A DNA stretch of 64,000 bases from Candidatus Bathyarchaeia archaeon (GCA_049517415.1 JBEKSC010000015.1:1-64000); one strand, 5' to 3'. Shown: positions 30,567-40,819, numbered from the stretch's first letter. Translations and numbers: made by a program. The notes: generated by a model from the sequence alone, not told the origin.

Positions 30567-30752
30567 TCAGCGGACTCTCAAGGCATAGCGACCCGCCGCT
30601 TTAATCCCCATTCTCTTCCCGACCTCAGAGGTTGAAGGATCAATGATGACAACTAGGCCGCTCCAGTCGTCGCTGAGATTGTTTGACTTGCAATTGGGGC
30701 AAATAGGCCCGTTACTGATGTACCTGCAGTTCTTGCAGGCCTTCTCGGTCAA
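30567..30752 (-). CDS. spt4: Transcription elongation factor Spt4
   Basis: KAC..C......CP.C....LS.DW.GLV.I.DP..S.....G....G.YAL.VR. Confidence 0.95.
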   Translation of the reverse strand: MTEKACKNCRYISNGPICPNCKSNNLSDDWSGLVVIIDPSTSEVGKRMGIKAAGRYALRVR

Positions 30753-31324
30753 GCAGCCTTCTCCTCATGTACGACTTTTGTTCGGTTTATGTCAGCCTCT
30801 ATCCAGTCGAGTTTACCGAGGAAGGGTTGGCGCATTGTGATACCAATCTTGCCTCCCGCGCCTCCGCGTGGAAAGCTAACGGCAATAATGCGCCCTCTCA
30901 CCATGTCGCCTTTGCCTAGTTTTCTTTGAGATTCCTTGCCAACCAGCACGCCGTGCTTCTCATCGAAAGAAATGTAGTCGTCCATGATTTGTGAAACATG
31001 GAGCAACGCGTCCTCCGGGCCGATTCTGACGAAGGCGCCAAAATCGGTCACTTCGACGACCTCCCCCTCCACAACCTCATGCATTTCCGGATAGAATGAA
31101 AGGAGTTTGAAGTTTACCTTATGGTACGTAGACCCGTCGCCGGGCAGGATCTTCCCCACTGGGTCGACATCCACATCTACGACAAGTATCACGTAACCAA
31201 GTTCCTCGTCCACGATGTTCTCGTACTTTAGCTTGATTTGTTCCTTGGCCGCCTTATCGATCGGGTGGCCGAAACTTTTGGGTGGAATTCTGACGATATC
31301 CTCAACGGTCACTAATCGGAACAT
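30749..31324 (-). CDS. rpoE1: DNA-directed RNA polymerase subunit E' (Rpo7)
   Basis: D.VRIPP..FG, GDG.TY, EVVEGEV....FGAFV.IGP.D.L.HVSQI, TMRQP.LGK. Confidence 0.97.
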   Translation of the reverse strand: MFRLVTVEDIVRIPPKSFGHPIDKAAKEQIKLKYENIVDEELGYVILVVDVDVDPVGKILPGDGSTYHKVNFKLLSFYPEMHEVVEGEVVEVTDFGAFVRIGPEDALLHVSQIMDDYISFDEKHGVLVGKESQRKLGKGDMVRGRIIAVSFPRGGAGGKIGITMRQPFLGKLDWIEADINRTKVVHEEKAA

Positions 31325-31353
31325 TTTCTTTGCCTCAACATAACAAGTTCATT

Positions 31354-31761
31354 CTAAAAGTAGGCTGGTTCTATTCCGTCGACCTCTAGTTTGGATTTGT
31401 CGCGCAGGTAGACGACCGGTACTTTAAGTAGTTTTAGCCGGTTCTTGAGTTCGATGTCGTTTGTCGCGACGACCGCGCCGAGTTTTTGGGATGCCTTAAC
31501 TATCGCATCATCAACCGTTTCATTCGCTTCTAGAGTCACCTCCACTACACGGCAGCGCGATGCGAGTTGAAGTGCCAACGAAGCTTCCGCGGCTCCTTCC
31601 CCGCCCCTAGTAGATAGGGCGGTTAGCTCACTCTTTACTGCGGATGGGACGATGAAATCTACTTTCTTTTGGAGAAGAAATTCGATTTCCTGGAAAACGT
31701 CGAGGTTGAATTGGAAGGGAATCATCAGGAAGTTTGAATCAAGAATAACCTTTACGGGCAA
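31354..31761 (-). CDS. PIN-domain ribonuclease (Fcf1/Utp24-like)
   Basis: VILDSNFLM.P.QF, V..EL, VDD, VATND.ELK; conserved position between eif2g and rpoE. Confidence 0.9.
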   Translation of the reverse strand: MPVKVILDSNFLMIPFQFNLDVFQEIEFLLQKKVDFIVPSAVKSELTALSTRGGEGAAEASLALQLASRCRVVEVTLEANETVDDAIVKASQKLGAVVATNDIELKNRLKLLKVPVVYLRDKSKLEVDGIEPAYF

Positions 31762-31763
31762 TT

Positions 31764-33047
31764 TTACGCCCTCAGTGTCCCAAACCCGATGAGTCGCCAG
31801 CTATCTGCAATTCTGCGGCTTATCGCGACTTTCGACCCGCTCTCGGCGCACACGGGTTTCTTGAGGCCAACGTCCGCTACGTCTTCGCGCGCGGAGGTAA
31901 CGATCCCTGACGTAACGGTGGTTCCCACATTCAGCACAAGAGCCTCGTTCGTTCTTATCTTGTCTACAGGCACCGCAAGTTCTGTCCCAACGACCTTCGC
32001 GAAAAGCTTGACGTCGAGAGTTATGTTTGCCAAGGTGGGCGGTAAGGTGTCAACTTTTCCAGCAACGCTGCCAACGAGACCGTCAGATTTTGTGAGTGAT
32101 GGGTCTAAGTCCGTTCCGATTCCAACTAGGCCGCCGCTCTTTGCCTCCTCCACGGGTCCTCGGCTGACGTTGAGGCTTCTGACCGTCGTGACTAATCGCT
32201 CGTATCTACTCTTTCCGCCCTCCTGCACCATGATTCCTGGCCGAATCTCGATTTGGTCTCCGATTTTGAAGGCGCCTTCAATAATTGATCCCCCGATTAC
32301 TCCCCCGACCAAATCGTCCACTTCAGTTCCCGGCTTGTTCACTTCAAAAGATCTAAGCACGTATGCGCGTGCTGACGCGGCGAGGTTTCGTTTCGGCGTG
32401 GGTATCCGATCTTCAATCTCCTTCAACAACACGTCGATGTTCGTTCCATGTTGGGCTGAGATGGGTACGATTGGCGCTTCCTCGGCGATCGTTCCCTTAA
32501 CGAACGCGCGGATCTCTTTGTGATTTTCTATTGCTCGTTCCTTTGTGACAACGTCAATCTTGTTCTGCACTATGATCAGGTTCTTGATTCCTACACTTTC
32601 CGCTGCTAGCAAGTGTTCTCTATCTTGTGCTTGAGGGCACTTGGCACTGCTCGCTAACACGAAGAGCGCTCCGTCCATCAAGGACGACCCTGAGAGCATA
32701 GTGACCATTAAGCTGTGGTGTCCGGGGCAGTCAACGAAGCTCACGGCGCGAACGAACTTGGTTTCGCTGCCGCAATTTGGGCACTTGGTTTGAGTCGTGT
32801 AATTGCTTGGGGGATGACATTTTGGGCATTTGTAGATGAATGCGTCTGCGTACCCGATCTTAATCGTGATTCCTCTTCGAAGTTCTTCTGAATGCCTGGC
32901 GGTCCAAACGCCGGTCAGGGCCTGCACAAGCGTGCTCTTGCCGTTGTCGACGTGCCCGAGAGTGCCGATGTTAATCTCCGGCTGAACAACGAGCTCATTG
33001 CCCTTCTTCTCTGACTTGAGAATCGCTTGCGCCATGCCGAGAATCAT
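31764..33047 (-). CDS. eif2g: Translation initiation factor 2 subunit gamma
   Basis: QPEINIG.LGHVD.GKSTL, HSEEL.RGITIK.GYA, zinc knuckle, DCPGH, QNKID, RSF.VNKPG, WRLIG.G. Confidence 0.97.
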   Translation of the reverse strand: MILGMAQAILKSEKKGNELVVQPEINIGTLGHVDNGKSTLVQALTGVWTARHSEELRRGITIKIGYADAFIYKCPKCHPPSNYTTQTKCPNCGSETKFVRAVSFVDCPGHHSLMVTMLSGSSLMDGALFVLASSAKCPQAQDREHLLAAESVGIKNLIIVQNKIDVVTKERAIENHKEIRAFVKGTIAEEAPIVPISAQHGTNIDVLLKEIEDRIPTPKRNLAASARAYVLRSFEVNKPGTEVDDLVGGVIGGSIIEGAFKIGDQIEIRPGIMVQEGGKSRYERLVTTVRSLNVSRGPVEEAKSGGLVGIGTDLDPSLTKSDGLVGSVAGKVDTLPPTLANITLDVKLFAKVVGTELAVPVDKIRTNEALVLNVGTTVTSGIVTSAREDVADVGLKKPVCAESGSKVAISRRIADSWRLIGFGTLRA

Positions 33048-33225
33048 CCATTTTGGAGATTGGAACCATTCCGTTCAATATATGTGTGAGGGTAAAATTA
33101 GAGCAAAACATCAAAATTCTGTGATGATTTCACATGTTGTGCTTCTGCAAATAGCCCTCCTTTGATTGAGCAAGCTCACCAAAGTCTCCCTGAACTCGAG
33201 CTATGTGTTCGACCCACATCATAAG

Positions 33226-33372
33226 ATTAATTAGACGTCAAGATGGTTCGTCTGTCGAGACGGCGAGGAATATGGGTGAAGGCGTTTGCGAAGGAACCCA
33301 CGCTCTTGCGCTTAACTGACCGCGAGTTATCTGGCCGTCGAAACTTCTTCCCCCCCACCGGAGGAACTCAAT
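33226..33372 (+). promoter_or_regulatory. Putative TATA box and structured 5' leader of cysS
   Basis: ATTAATTA at 33226-33233; stems GACGGC/GCCGTC (33259-64/33334-39) and TGGGT/ACCCA (33273-77/33296-300); GGAGG SD at 33360-33364. Confidence 0.4.
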
Positions 33373-34806
33373 ATGGGTTTGAGAATCTACAATACTAAAA
33401 CACGCTCCGTTGAGGAATTCAAGCCGGCCCGAGGCAATCGGGTTTACATGTTTGTATGCGGCCCCACAGTTTACGACCACAGCCATGTCGGCCATGCGAG
33501 AACATATTTGGCGTATGACATTATCGCTAGATATCTAAGGGCAAGGGGGTTCAGTCTCTTTTACTTGATGAACATAACAGACATTGAAGATAAAATCATC
33601 AACCGAGCAAAGGAATCGAGCGAAGACCCCCTGCATCTGGCAGATCGGTTTACGAAGGAGTTCATGCGTGACATGGAATCCCTCGGGATAACCAGCGTAA
33701 ACCTTTACGCGAAGGCATCGGAGCATGTACCCGAGATAATTGCACAGATAGCCACGCTCATTGAGAAGGGATTTGCATACCAAGTGGAAGGAGATGTCTA
33801 CTATGACGTTGCAAAGTTCCCCCGCTATGGAGAGCTGTCGGGGCAAAAAATAGACCAGTTAGTAATGCACAGAATCGACCCCGATGCACGAAAGAGGAAT
33901 GTGGTCGACTTCGCCCTGTGGAAAAGCCAGAAGCCGGGTGAGCCCTCCTGGGATAGCCCGTGGGGCAAGGGCAGACCCGGCTGGCATATTGAGGATACCG
34001 CGATTACGACGACCTACTTCGGCCCCACCTATGACCTACACGGGGGCGGCCTCGACTTAGTCTTCCCGCACCATGAAGCGGAAATTGCTCAAGCTGAAGC
34101 GGCCACCGGTGTCGAACCGCTCGTGAGATTCTGGGTACACGGTGGGTTACTCATGACCCGCGGTGAACGGATGGGGCATTCGATGGGTAATTTCATAACC
34201 ATAGAGGAAACGCTTCGGAACCATGACCCCGAGGCACTTCGACTGTATTACGGTATGAGGCACTACCGCAGTCAACTCGAATTTGATGAATCCGATATCA
34301 CCCAAGCAGAACAAGTTCTCGACAAATTGCGCGCAGTGTACAACCAATTCAAAGTTCTAAAAGATAATGTGGAACCCGGAGATGAAGGGAACGCGGACGT
34401 CGACCGTTTATCGGTGGAGGCAACACAGCGCTTCGTAGAAGCCATGGACGATGATTTCAATACACCACGCGCCCTGGCAGCGATGATAGCATACTCTAAA
34501 GACGTTGAGCCGTATGCCCTTCGGCAAATCGGTCGCGCTGCTACTGAAGTGATTATCAAGACGTTTGATTATTTTGGCAGTGTATTCGGCATACTCCGTC
34601 CAAGTGGCGCCGCGCAAGAGAAGCCTTTCGAAGGACTCCTGAAACTCCTATTGCAAATGCGGGAGGACGCAAGAAAACGAGGCGACTGGAAACATGCCGA
34701 TAATATACGTGACAGTCTCAGTAGCTTAGGAATCGGGCTAGAAGATACTCCTACTGGAATGCGCTGGTATCTTGCGTCGACGAGACCCACTTCAAAATCA
34801 AGTTGA
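33373..34806 (+). CDS. cysS: Cysteine--tRNA ligase
   Basis: [65 protein letters not shown]. Confidence 0.95.
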   Translation: MGLRIYNTKTRSVEEFKPARGNRVYMFVCGPTVYDHSHVGHARTYLAYDIIARYLRARGFSLFYLMNITDIEDKIINRAKESSEDPLHLADRFTKEFMRDMESLGITSVNLYAKASEHVPEIIAQIATLIEKGFAYQVEGDVYYDVAKFPRYGELSGQKIDQLVMHRIDPDARKRNVVDFALWKSQKPGEPSWDSPWGKGRPGWHIEDTAITTTYFGPTYDLHGGGLDLVFPHHEAEIAQAEAATGVEPLVRFWVHGGLLMTRGERMGHSMGNFITIEETLRNHDPEALRLYYGMRHYRSQLEFDESDITQAEQVLDKLRAVYNQFKVLKDNVEPGDEGNADVDRLSVEATQRFVEAMDDDFNTPRALAAMIAYSKDVEPYALRQIGRAATEVIIKTFDYFGSVFGILRPSGAAQEKPFEGLLKLLLQMREDARKRGDWKHADNIRDSLSSLGIGLEDTPTGMRWYLASTRPTSKSS

Positions 34807-35286
34807 AATCTTGTAGCCTATTTTTCTGAGAAATACTTTCCGATCTTGCACATCTTTTTCGGTCTCCACTCCCTTAGACGCGTAGCCATCCACAACGCCC
34901 AAGATCCCTCTGCCTTGCTCCGTTTCGGCAAGGATGACCTGGAATGGGTTTGCCGTGGCTATGAAGATGTTGCACACTTCTGGAACCGCTTTTATTTTGT
35001 CGAGAACGTTTATCGGATATGCATCTCGCATAAAGATAATGAAACTGTGGCCCGCAGATAGTGCGAGAGCAGTTTTTGACGCCAAATCCTTCAGTTCAGC
35101 ATCATTCCCATCAACTCGAACTAAGCATGGCCCGCTCGATTCGCAAAATGCTAATCCGAACTTTATGGTTGGAACCGCGTTGACGAGCGCCTCGTAAAGG
35201 TCTTCAACCGTCTTAATGAAGTGGCTTTGTCCCAATATGGAGTTGCACCCTTCGGGGATCTTGACATCGATAACCTTGGTATTCAC
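34798..35286 (-). CDS. Adenosine-specific kinase / DUF355 family protein
   Basis: [58 protein letters not shown]. Confidence 0.9.
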   Translation of the reverse strand: MNTKVIDVKIPEGCNSILGQSHFIKTVEDLYEALVNAVPTIKFGLAFCESSGPCLVRVDGNDAELKDLASKTALALSAGHSFIIFMRDAYPINVLDKIKAVPEVCNIFIATANPFQVILAETEQGRGILGVVDGYASKGVETEKDVQDRKVFLRKIGYKIST

Positions 35287-35300
35287 TTCTCTGGCCTTCC

Positions 35301-36521
35301 CTACACTATCTCCAACTCTTTGTCGACATTCGCCAGCTGCTCATACCCGTTTCGGGTTATCTGTACAGTATCTTCGATCCTTACGCCGCCGTACTTGGGA
35401 AGGTAGACGCCTGGCTCAACCGTTACCACGCCTCCTGCTTTTAGTGGGTCTTTACTCATGAGGCTGAGGTTTGGCCTCTCGCCGATTGTCAGGCCAACTC
35501 CATGGCCGAGCGAGTGATTGAAGCCCGATGAAACATTCTTTGACCTACCCTCGTACACCTCTCGCACGGTGTTGTACCCTGCCCGCTCGATTACGTCACA
35601 TGCCGCAAACATTGCTTCCTCGCCTGTTATACCCGCCTCAAGAACATCGAGTGAGGCAGCCTGCGCTTCGTATACAGTCTCGAAGATGTGCTTAGCTTTG
35701 GGGCCTGCTCGGCCGACCACGTATGTTCTGGTTAGATCGAACCAATATCCGCTCTCTGCCTGCGGAAATATATCGAAGACAATTAACCGGCCATCCGTTA
35801 TTTGATCGCTACTGACGCCGCTGTTGTGGGGATCAGCGCTTGAGGATCCGATGGCGAAGATCGTTCCCTCGGGCGCAATCAGGCCCTTATTCGCAATTTT
35901 AGCTAGGATCATCGATTTTACCAATCCAATCGTTGCCCGTCGCTTGCCAATTTGAAAGTGGCCGCGAATTCTTTTCATCTTGCTCAGAATTTCGACAGTT
36001 TCGGACACGACTTCCGCTGTTTTCCTTCCCACATTTCGAATCTCATCAATCTCTCTCTTCTCTTTCGTTTCTCGCGCCGCTTCAAGTATTGTCGGGGACT
36101 CTCCGCCAACAATCTTAACGCCAAGCGAGCCCAACCTGTTGGCCAGATGGATTCCCGAGGCCAGGTCGCTTCTCCCGAAAAGACCTACCCTTCCTGAAAC
36201 ACCTTCGTGCCTGAGTACGGAGGAAATGAGACGGGGCATCGCTTCGTCCATTCGACAATATTTCCTTATTAGCTCCTCGAAACCCCACTGGGTGTAAGTT
36301 TCAATTCTCGGAACAACTCCTAACTTCCTTGCAGTGCCCACATCAAGGTTGCTCACGAGCAATAGCGGTTTGCTCCCTTTTCGTTTGAAGTATATGCCGC
36401 CACGCGCTAGGTTCCCTCCCGCGGCATAGATCAGATCAGGGTTAGCCAGTGTGGTCTCACCGAGAACCACGATACCACTAATACCTCGCTTACCCATCTC
36501 TGCGTCCAAATCCTTAATCAA
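35301..36521 (-). CDS. M24 family Xaa-Pro aminopeptidase
   Basis: DPH, FDIFP...[24 protein letters not shown]....[10 protein letters not shown] start at 36521 assumed (ORF track starts at 36596). Confidence 0.9.
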   Translation of the reverse strand: MIKDLDAEMGKRGISGIVVLGETTLANPDLIYAAGGNLARGGIYFKRKGSKPLLLVSNLDVGTARKLGVVPRIETYTQWGFEELIRKYCRMDEAMPRLISSVLRHEGVSGRVGLFGRSDLASGIHLANRLGSLGVKIVGGESPTILEAARETKEKREIDEIRNVGRKTAEVVSETVEILSKMKRIRGHFQIGKRRATIGLVKSMILAKIANKGLIAPEGTIFAIGSSSADPHNSGVSSDQITDGRLIVFDIFPQAESGYWFDLTRTYVVGRAGPKAKHIFETVYEAQAASLDVLEAGITGEEAMFAACDVIERAGYNTVREVYEGRSKNVSSGFNHSLGHGVGLTIGERPNLSLMSKDPLKAGGVVTVEPGVYLPKYGGVRIEDTVQITRNGYEQLANVDKELEIV

Positions 36522-36549
36522 ACGGAAGCACGCCCAGGCTGTTCCGGTT

Positions 36550-36861
36550 TTACTTTCCGCCCTTATCGCTTTTGCTACCGGAATATGAGCGCTCAAGCTG
36601 GATAAGAGAGTCAGAGACGTTCAGGGAAGCAGCTAGAATTCTTAGGCCTGAAGTCATAATCGCGCGAAGCGCTACCGAGTCCCTTGCCCGAAAATGAAGA
36701 CTCATCGTCAGTCCGCGAACCACAAGCCTTGCCATAGCTCGTTCACCAGCTGGGTGAAAGAGTTCTGGGCTCAGAGCTTTCGCGATCGCATGGGCCTGTT
36801 GCTTTGTACCAAAAATGACGCGAACTGTTGCCCGAGCCTTAACTAACTGTTTTTTTCCCAA
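36550..36861 (-). CDS. pcc1: KEOPS subunit Pcc1-family protein
   Basis: A..I.KAL.PE...R.......L.L.F.ARD..ALRA...S.LR after a TTG at 36861; downstream of L37ae. Confidence 0.75.
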   Translation of the reverse strand: MGKKQLVKARATVRVIFGTKQQAHAIAKALSPELFHPAGERAMARLVVRGLTMSLHFRARDSVALRAIMTSGLRILAASLNVSDSLIQLERSYSGSKSDKGGK

Positions 36862-36874
36862 ATCGAAATGCCGG

Positions 36875-37294
36875 TCAGGTTGGTTTGTCCTCGGGAACTG
36901 TCTCAGAACCCTTTGGTGTCTCTTCTTTCTTCTTAGCCTCGGCCTTCCTTCGCCGTCTCTTGGCGATTTTCGCTTTGGCCTCGGCTTCCATTGCTTTTGC
37001 TTTTTCTGCTTTGAGTTCTGCAACTAGGCTCGATGCGACACCCGCACGAGCAGCTCTCTCCGCAACTTGACCGAGTTTCGTGCTAGGAGCATATGCGCCC
37101 CCGGCGAATTTGAAACCGCAACTCCCGCACAGCCAGATTCCGATGGACATGCGTTTGACAGATGCCAAATGACATTGTGGGCATTCATGCGCGGCCCTTA
37201 GCGCGGTTACAACGGTTGAGTATCTCTTCCGAGCCACTGTTCCGTAGCGGGCCCCGAAGCTGCCTGAAGGGCCGACTTTGTACGTTCGTCCCAC
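36875..37294 (-). CDS. rpl37ae: 50S ribosomal protein L37ae (eL43) with long C-terminal extension
   Basis: KVG..G.FG.RYG...RK, CP.C....VKR...GIW.C..CG.KFAGGAY.P. Confidence 0.95.
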   Translation of the reverse strand: MGRTYKVGPSGSFGARYGTVARKRYSTVVTALRAAHECPQCHLASVKRMSIGIWLCGSCGFKFAGGAYAPSTKLGQVAERAARAGVASSLVAELKAEKAKAMEAEAKAKIAKRRRRKAEAKKKEETPKGSETVPEDKPT

Positions 37295-37295
37295 A

Positions 37296-38111
37296 CTAGT
37301 TCACTTTTGATAGAATTCTTTGGCGTAGGTCTCGTGATTTGCTTATGGCCGTGGAAACTATCTGCTTAACCTCGTCAGGCGTAAAGACGCCCAAGCCTCC
37401 TTTTTGCATAGCACAGATGCGATCGTCTTTACCGGTTGTAACTGTTAACCTGCAGCTTGTGACCTGCTCTTCTTCCAGACAAGGGTCAAGAACAATTGAC
37501 CCATTGATTTTGACGGACGTTATAGGAACCGGGTAGTCGCGGATTGGAAGCGGCATTATTTTGTCCTTGAAGACTAACTCGTCGTTTTTGACTTCGAATT
37601 CCTGCATTTTGGAGCTAATCAGAGCTCCCAACGCTGCCATACCTGCCGCATCGATCAAGTTACCATCGTGGTCAAGAACGTAGATATCGACAAAGACTAC
37701 GAAGACTTTCTTACCCGGTTGAACGCAGAGTTTCTTCAGATCAATGGCTTTCGATTCTCTGATGCCGCGGTCGACAACACGGGCAAGCTCGATCGAGTCT
37801 TCACCGGGCGGTCCGGCTTCAAAGTCAGGTGATGCCATAGGTACGAATTCTGCGTTGACCGTTAGAATGCCTTCATCGGGCGTGTCTGGGAATGGCGTTC
37901 CAGTCTGTATTTTCACTCCGGCCAGAACCTTCGTCTTTCCTAGGTAGACTTGGGCTGATCCGTTGGCTTTCTCGATTGTGCCCAACATTATTGTTAGCGG
38001 CCTGTAGTCAAGCGCGTTCCGTTCGTCCAGCCGCTTACCTTTCACGATTAGGTCATGAACAGTCTTCTGTTCCAGCTTAGCGACGGGTGAAAGTTGATGT
38101 GTTACCGACAT
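37296..38111 (-). CDS. rrp42: Exosome complex component Rrp42
   Basis: KANGSA.V.LG.TKVLAGVK, PFPDTP, ELARVVDRGIRES, DHDGNLIDA, MQKGG. Confidence 0.95.
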   Translation of the reverse strand: MSVTHQLSPVAKLEQKTVHDLIVKGKRLDERNALDYRPLTIMLGTIEKANGSAQVYLGKTKVLAGVKIQTGTPFPDTPDEGILTVNAEFVPMASPDFEAGPPGEDSIELARVVDRGIRESKAIDLKKLCVQPGKKVFVVFVDIYVLDHDGNLIDAAGMAALGALISSKMQEFEVKNDELVFKDKIMPLPIRDYPVPITSVKINGSIVLDPCLEEEQVTSCRLTVTTGKDDRICAMQKGGLGVFTPDEVKQIVSTAISKSRDLRQRILSKVN

Positions 38112-38875
38112 TAGACTTTGACCTCTGCGACTTCCTCTTTCTCAGCTTCATCCTTGACGACGTGGTATTTCTGTTTGAGTGCCTCTCTTTGCATATCATA
38201 GATTCTTCGGCACGCATCGGTCGCTAAATCTAGCGCTTGCTTGAACTCTTCTTCGGTCAACGAGCCATCCATTTGTAGGAGACCGATAACGTTGGATTTT
38301 GGCATGAAAGCAACCGGAAGGTCAGCGTCTCCCTGCTTATCTTCAATATCAGATAGGTCCAACACCACTTTGCCTTCCACCTTTCCTGCGGCACAGGCTG
38401 CCACTAGTTCTCGCATTGGGATGCCTGCATCGGCTAAGGCGAGGGAGGCCGCAGTTATTCCAGCGCACCTGGTTCCAGCGTCAGCTTGCAGGACTTCGAT
38501 GATTATGTCTATTGTTGCCCTTGGGAAATACTCTGACATTATTGCGGGCTCAAGGGATTCCCTAATCACCTTCGAGAGTTCCAATTCGCGCCTGGATGGT
38601 GCGGGTGATTTCCGTTCGTCAGTTGAAAATGGGGCCATGTGGTACCTGCACCTTACCACAGCACGGTCAGCAAGGGCGATGTGTTTCGGATGGGCCTCTC
38701 TAGGGCCATACACTGCTGCGAGTATCTTGTTCTTCCCGTGCTCGATGTATGCCGACCCATCGGCTTTGTCTAAGATTCCAACCTCTAATTTCAGTGGGCG
38801 GAGTTCGTCGAGGCGTCGACCGTCCACACGAAGGCCGTTCTTGTCGAGCAGTGGGACTTTTTGTTCTTTACCCAA
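38111..38875 (-). CDS. rrp41: Exosome complex exonuclease Rrp41
   Basis: R.DGR..DELRP, ADGSAY.E.G.NK, YGPRE, MAPFST.ERK, QADAGTR, LLQMDG. Confidence 0.97.
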   Translation of the reverse strand: MGKEQKVPLLDKNGLRVDGRRLDELRPLKLEVGILDKADGSAYIEHGKNKILAAVYGPREAHPKHIALADRAVVRCRYHMAPFSTDERKSPAPSRRELELSKVIRESLEPAIMSEYFPRATIDIIIEVLQADAGTRCAGITAASLALADAGIPMRELVAACAAGKVEGKVVLDLSDIEDKQGDADLPVAFMPKSNVIGLLQMDGSLTEEEFKQALDLATDACRRIYDMQREALKQKYHVVKDEAEKEEVAEVKV

Positions 38876-39581
38876 CTGTTTTTCCCTTCATTCTTTCTAC
38901 TATCATTGCCTTTACGCGTTCCGTTAATCCACTCGTATGAGCTTCACGCTCAATCTTGTAAATAGCTTCTACTGCTACACTCTCGTTTTCTGGGTTCTTT
39001 CCAATTACCAAGATTACGCCGTTTTGGCCAGGAATGATATCGGTTTGAGTCTCATTCTTCAACATTGTTATCATTGAGCCCCCCTTTCCGATTATTCGCG
39101 GTATCTTTGCAGGGGTTATTCGAGCCACGTGCCCTGAGGTGACTTTACCTAACCCTCTTCCTTTCGTGGTAAGAAGCGGGTCCCGCGTTCGATCGAACGC
39201 TATAACCTGTGCAATCATAAGATCGCCGACGCCGTAAATGTGGCTCAAATCGCGGCGTACAGAATCTCGACCATGTTGTAAAGGAGTCTCAGAGGCCGGC
39301 AACATGGCAGGGTAAGGTGAATCGACGTCAACTTGCCAACCGGACATTCCGATGTCGGTTATACGCCCCACCACAATATCGTCGAGGCGTGGAATGTACG
39401 CGCCCTTGATTGGGACTACGATGAATTTGTTTCCGATGACCTCTGCCAATCCTATCCGTGAGGAGAATATTTTCGTGCCATCGCGGTAGGTGTTCTCCCC
39501 AGCAAAAAATGGGCCTTCAGCGAGAAGTTCGCCCGGCCCTACTAGTTGCTTTCTTTCAGTGTGTACCGTCAACCGTTCCAA
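38868..39581 (-). CDS. rrp4: Exosome RNA-binding subunit Rrp4
   Basis: LV.PGE.LA, G.YIP...D.VVG.I, KH motif [28 protein letters not shown]. Confidence 0.95.
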   Translation of the reverse strand: MERLTVHTERKQLVGPGELLAEGPFFAGENTYRDGTKIFSSRIGLAEVIGNKFIVVPIKGAYIPRLDDIVVGRITDIGMSGWQVDVDSPYPAMLPASETPLQHGRDSVRRDLSHIYGVGDLMIAQVIAFDRTRDPLLTTKGRGLGKVTSGHVARITPAKIPRIIGKGGSMITMLKNETQTDIIPGQNGVILVIGKNPENESVAVEAIYKIEREAHTSGLTERVKAMIVERMKGKTVG

Positions 39582-39615
39582 CTCAAACTTCTAAACGAAG
39601 TCGAGCAGAAACACG

Positions 39616-39631
39616 GAAACTGCTACATATA
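39616..39631 (+). repeat. Left direct repeat (att-like) GAAACTGCTACATATA
   Basis: Matches 43266-43281 at 15/16 positions. Confidence 0.6.
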
Positions 39632-39992
39632 GATGCTGGTTTAGCAGAATATCTGAAGCAAAGAATATCTCAGCGTCACTTGGGAATTTTGTTACTCATA
39701 TTGTGATGACCACACCTTCTCGCCCTCCGTTGTCGTGATGATTTGGCAGTCTCCGCACACGAACCGATCGGTGACTACCCAACGTTCTATACGCCATTTT
39801 TGGGCCGTGGACAGGGGGAACATGGGTTTGGAGCAATGAGGGCATTGCATAAGGTAGCTGGCGGATTCCACTGGAATAAAGGGACTGACGTTAGCTGAGG
39901 CTCACACACTGAGTTCCACGAATGAGAACAGGTACGTGACTGTGTTCTATTCCCTAGTCACACACACATGACAACTAGGTGAAGCAACCACA

Positions 39993-40694
39993 TCAGGAGT
40001 ACCCGAAGAACGCCTCGTACACGATTCTCTCCTGCGCGATCCCCATCCCTAGGAGAGTAGTTATGGTTGCGCGGACCATTCCTGGGCCCCCGCAAACGTA
40101 CCAGTTCGGATCACGTAGCCCCTTCCCCGCCTCGGCCAATAGCCCCGCATCGACCCGCCCTCGTCGCCCCGACCAAGCACTCTCCGCTGGCTCCTGCGAT
40201 AACGTATGCCAAACATGCAGCCGCGGGTTCGTCTCCGAAAGCACCTTCAGCTCGTCTCGGTAGACGATCTCTTTCTCTCGTTGGTTGCTGAAGACGAGGG
40301 CCGCGTTACGGGTCCACTCAGTGTCCGTGATGTACTCAGCCATCCCCTTGAGGGGAGTGATTCCGATTCCGCCAGCAACGAACGCGGCGTCGCGTGATTC
40401 GTCAAGCAAGAAGTGACCGTAAGGGCCGTCCACTTCGACCTCGTCTCCAGGGCGCAGTCGACGGAACGCCTGCTTCCACGCGCTCGAGCTGATGCGGGCT
40501 CCGAACTCAAGGTAATCGCGTGTGGGAGGGCTTGCAAGCGACATCGGGTGCTCCTCGCTCCCGCCGCTCGTGGCGATTTCGAGGCCGCAGAACTGTACTG
40601 GTCGAAACTCGAACCCACTGGGCTTCCCGACGCGGATCCCATGCGTCGTTGGCGTGAGAGGGCGCGAAGATAGCACGCGAACGCGAGCGATCAT
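39993..40694 (-). CDS. FAD/NAD(P)H-dependent oxidoreductase (ferredoxin-NADP reductase fold)
   Basis: F.F.P.QF, L.PGD.V.V.GPYG.F, FVAGGIGITP, GR.GRVD, YVCG.PGMV, I..E.F.GY; visibly more GC-rich than its flanks. Confidence 0.9.
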   Translation of the reverse strand: MIARVRVLSSRPLTPTTHGIRVGKPSGFEFRPVQFCGLEIATSGGSEEHPMSLASPPTRDYLEFGARISSSAWKQAFRRLRPGDEVEVDGPYGHFLLDESRDAAFVAGGIGITPLKGMAEYITDTEWTRNAALVFSNQREKEIVYRDELKVLSETNPRLHVWHTLSQEPAESAWSGRRGRVDAGLLAEAGKGLRDPNWYVCGGPGMVRATITTLLGMGIAQERIVYEAFFGYS

Positions 40695-40819
40695 TACTTC
40701 TCCCGACCAGATCGAATCAAGCTAATGCCTTGCACGATTACTCACTTTCGGGAATCTCTGTCCCGAGGACATCCATTAATCCTCCCGATTAACTACTACG
40801 CCCAGCAAACCCTTAACCT

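Noticed and set aside
31789..32523. Long antisense ORFs (244 aa here; also 38241-38927, 3678-4316, 48822-49481, 50565-51155)
   Set aside because: They lie opposite well-conserved genes, are Ser/Thr/Pro-rich and motif-free: typical antisense shadows.
36862..37023. Arg/Lys-rich N-terminal half of ORF 36550-37023
   Set aside because: Alternate-frame read of the L37ae tail; the Pcc1 domain starts at or after TTG 36861.
39703..39767. Two GTGATGA boxes 32 nt apart suggesting a C/D-box sRNA
   Set aside because: No CTGA D or D' boxes at the expected spacing and no terminal stem; guide targets cannot be tested here.
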